64,000 nucleotides of DNA from the NCBI GenBank assembly GCA_009602735.1, contig WELA01003305.1, forward strand, positions 137,752 through 201,751. The letters are read 5' to 3'. Below, piece by piece: positions 62,401-64,000 of the stretch. The notes beneath the pieces are model-generated. The model saw only the letters and a list, made by a program, of their open reading frames with translations. It ran no database searches and was not told the DNA's origin. Made by a program: the position numbers and the translations under genes. Every line of letters begins with the position of its first letter. Position 1 is the first letter of the stretch. This stretch comes from Mesotaenium endlicherianum. Its lineage: Eukaryota.

Positions 62401-62980
62401 AGCCAGGATCGTGGCCAAGAACGTCGTGGACTTGGACAGTCCCGAGACGTGGAGCGCTCTTATCGGGCAGCGTGCTCAGCTCTTTCAGCGCCTGATGCCC
62501 ATGGCCATGGATAAGCTCGGCATTGCACAGCATCGCAATACGCTAAGGTATGCCATGACTCGTGGAGGAGCCTATCGTCCTCGGGTGTTGCAATTTTCCG
62601 CAGGTGACTTTGTGTACCTGCGACGCCAGACGAAGAACACCCTCGACACCAGCAGCTCGCCAGTCGTCCTGCGCGTCAAGCGCGTCTTACCCACAGGTGT
62701 GCTGGAGCTGGAAGGCGCAAATGGCCGTCTTCACAAGGACCACACGAAGAACTGTGTGGACCATGCCATCTTCCAAACCTTGACTCGCAGGTCCGTCCCC
62801 ACAACGCGCGGCCGCCCAAGGACTGGGCGTGCCAGATCTGCCACAGCCCTGGCCAGGAGGCCAATATGCTGCTCTGCGACAGCTGCAACCTCGGCTTCCA
62901 CATCAGCTGCCTCGACCCTCCGCTGGCCCGCGTGCCCGCAGGAGACTGGTTTTGCTATGGCTGCTCTGAGTTGGCCTTAG
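59483..62980 (+). CDS. pol: pol: reverse transcriptase - RNase H - integrase
   Basis: RMCGDYRRLN, LDLRQGF, MPFGLKNAPATFQ, YIDD (60539), LHTNWS, VTDHQPL, HEALGH..CSLC, LTDQGKEF, HPQADGLAER. Confidence 0.95.
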   Translation: MPRHNTPRWSSLTPRWIETLTRTTVAHLSARPGILSAKVLGPRRPSVLARRPHMFQTPIFGSLGGGRRREECSQQPREFRSPFLFPRLRSQAGVPGQLAAAAKEAAPTTRRAQTAAGQVTPAAPQFTPAAGQEAQTARQESPPAAPTWKLRGTLTEAQAAQLTALLDERRSVSFASSMHDLGRYKGDPMRIPLTAQEPIFLKRYRYSHFEDGLIGTQTGKLEDSKLIRELSLGYAVPTVMPAKKDASGNWSKKRMCGDYRRLNEVIEQDRYPMPTPNEIFDDIGTCTWFSVLDLRQGFNQIPIVKEDQHKTAFWGAQRLYEWVVMPFGLKNAPATFQRVMDKELAGLPFARCYIDDVLVYGETFEEHVAHVTAVLERLENAGLKCHPGKCTFGTREVEYLGHVLSLSGLALQLAKITGIPPPIDLSQLRAFLGIANYYRRFVPGFSKLAKPLNDLLRKGVAYVWGPEQQAAFDKLKELLVSAPVLRWPDYGKPFILHTNWSQAGLGAVLVQEHNGFEHVVAYASRSNNRAEGNYDSYEGECLAAVWAIVHVRHYLYDTQFRLVTDHQPLKWLMTSERLTGKYARWALILQEYTFDVHHRPGSTNMDSDGLSRNPLPSSRDLLVAQHDEDEPVAWHAAAYLAFTVDGYVRPAGLTNLDMVTVTTRRLALTAAEEQDTSQRGPKDVWDNAPVLHYVTTKEVALGVTSRERDRILKRSRDFVFIDGRMRRVMADGSVLVVPEPAIRSQLVRRVHEALGHFGVRRTLSLLQAEYWWHAMTKVVADAVSSCSLCDRVRSSFTARTVAFSPLPIQGLFYKWSLNLAGELPKSRRGNLYVLVMIEHMSKWIELVPLPSKASEGIAQAFLDQVLSRFGGCAEVLTDQGKEFQGCFQTLLERSMIDHRTTSRDHPQADGLAERMVQTVKLGLWKYCLAHDSTHWDDALPWLAMGYRFREQASLASHSPYFLLYGRQPVLPAAARIVAKNVVDLDSPETWSALIGQRAQLFQRLMPMAMDKLGIAQHRNTLRYAMTRGGAYRPRVLQFSAGDFVYLRRQTKNTLDTSSSPVVLRVKRVLPTGVLELEGANGRLHKDHTKNCVDHAIFQTLTRRSVPTTRGRPRTGRARSATALARRPICCSATAATSASTSAASTLRWPACPQETGFAMAALSWP
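62830..62964 (+). other. PHD finger at the integrase C-terminus (frameshifted near 62760; stop 63010-63012)
   Basis: CQICHSPGQEANMLLCDSCNLGFHISCLDPPLARVPAGDWFCYGC, a complete C4HC3 pattern. Confidence 0.92.
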
Positions 62981-63165
62981 GCAGCAATCACAGCTCATCA
63001 GCTAGAGGCTGAGAGCTGGGGGGGGAATTAAAACATTTGACGCTTGACTCCCTTTTTGGCCTATAAAGCCATTTGTATTATAGACTTCATTGCAGCAAAG
63101 CCTGCTTGTCCATTGTGTGTTGCTTATGTCGACAATGCGCGCCCGATCTCTTAACGCACGACAGC

Positions 63166-64000
63166 TGTCATGATTTATTGAGTCGAGGTTGTCGCACAAA
63201 GCCGAGCTCCACATGTGTGAACCATCAACCTAGGAAGGCCGACTTTGCATAGACTTTACGCATCCATACGTTGACCTTTTCTCAATTTCCAAGTCATTAA
63301 AGTGTACGCGTCGAGTCACCTTCCGAATGGCACCGGGTTCGCGTCATTTGGTCAAGTATCGAGCGAGATATGAGCGATCTAGTCCGCGTCACCTATCGGC
63401 CCCTAGCGGATCCTCACCAAAGGGCAATTTGTGTTTCAATGTGCCCAAGGGACACATTCTTGCCTATTCGTGACCCCCTAAAACCCCCAGCTTGTGCGCA
63501 CAAATCCGCGAGCTCCTAGAGCACACATACCTTGCATTTCCATAGTATAAGTGCATCATTGAGGCTATAACTAGGTGACTGCATCAACTACGCCTAGAGG
63601 AAGCTTCCTCAAATTTTCGATCTTCGTTTGAGGTGCTATCTAGGTAGAATCACCCAAGGTAAGCTCCACCAATGAGAGACACATAGCATATTCTACATGC
63701 CTTGCTTTGATTGGATTGAGTTATGCTTAGCCTATAGGAGTGCTAGTACATGCCTTGTACACATTAGTGGACATAGAGAGCCTCCTAGAGGGACTAGATG
63801 CATTGGACTCGCCGCAGACCCCGGCGGATTTCCAGGAGTATAAGTACCAGAGATGTCCCTAGAGAGACATCTTTTTAGAAGTCCATTATGCCAGATGTAA
63901 GTAACAGAGATTATCAGTAAAGCTTACACCTTTATCTCTAGTGTGTTTTCAGGACCTCTTAGTTACTCTCTTGTGAAGAGCAAGCCCTCCTGGCTTCCAG
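63166..64000 (+). repeat. LTR C, runs off the window end
   Basis: Direct repeat of 52964-53792 with scattered transitions and small indels. Confidence 0.9.

Larger units (their letters stand above)
53825..63165 (+). mobile_element. Ty3/Gypsy retrotransposon encoding a C5 DNA methyltransferase and PHD finger (degenerate)
   Basis: Collinear repeat/Ala-rich region, protease, DNMT, RT, RNase H, integrase, PHD and a G-rich PPT-like tract at 63011-63027. Confidence 0.9.

Overview
Eukaryotic nuclear DNA, probably from a GC-rich streptophyte alga (inferred from GT-AG introns, plant-type proteins and (GC/GT/AG)n-rich introns). The first ~13 kb hold two spliced host genes: the 3' part of an LCBK2-like (DAGK/YegS family) lipid kinase on + and a CDPK/PEPKR-like Ser/Thr kinase on -. 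From ~16 kb to the end the window is a nest of degenerate retroelements. It contains two chromovirus (Ty3/Gypsy) copies with an extra 3' ORF and a -1 frameshift signal, several solo or partial LTR families (two solo LTRs with exact 5-bp TSDs), a DIRS element (MT-like domain plus tyrosine recombinase), and a PHD-tailed Gypsy fragment. The main find, at ~53.8-63.0 kb, is a Gypsy element whose pol reads protease - linker - complete C5 DNA cytosine methyltransferase - RT - RNase H - integrase - PHD finger, i.e. a retrotransposon carrying its own epigenetic writer and reader. This copy is broken by in-frame stops and frameshifts. Two exact duplicate blocks bounded by single Ns are probably scaffolding artefacts. 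All calls come from manual translation and comparison; no searches were run. LTR family names A, C, D, E and F are my own labels.
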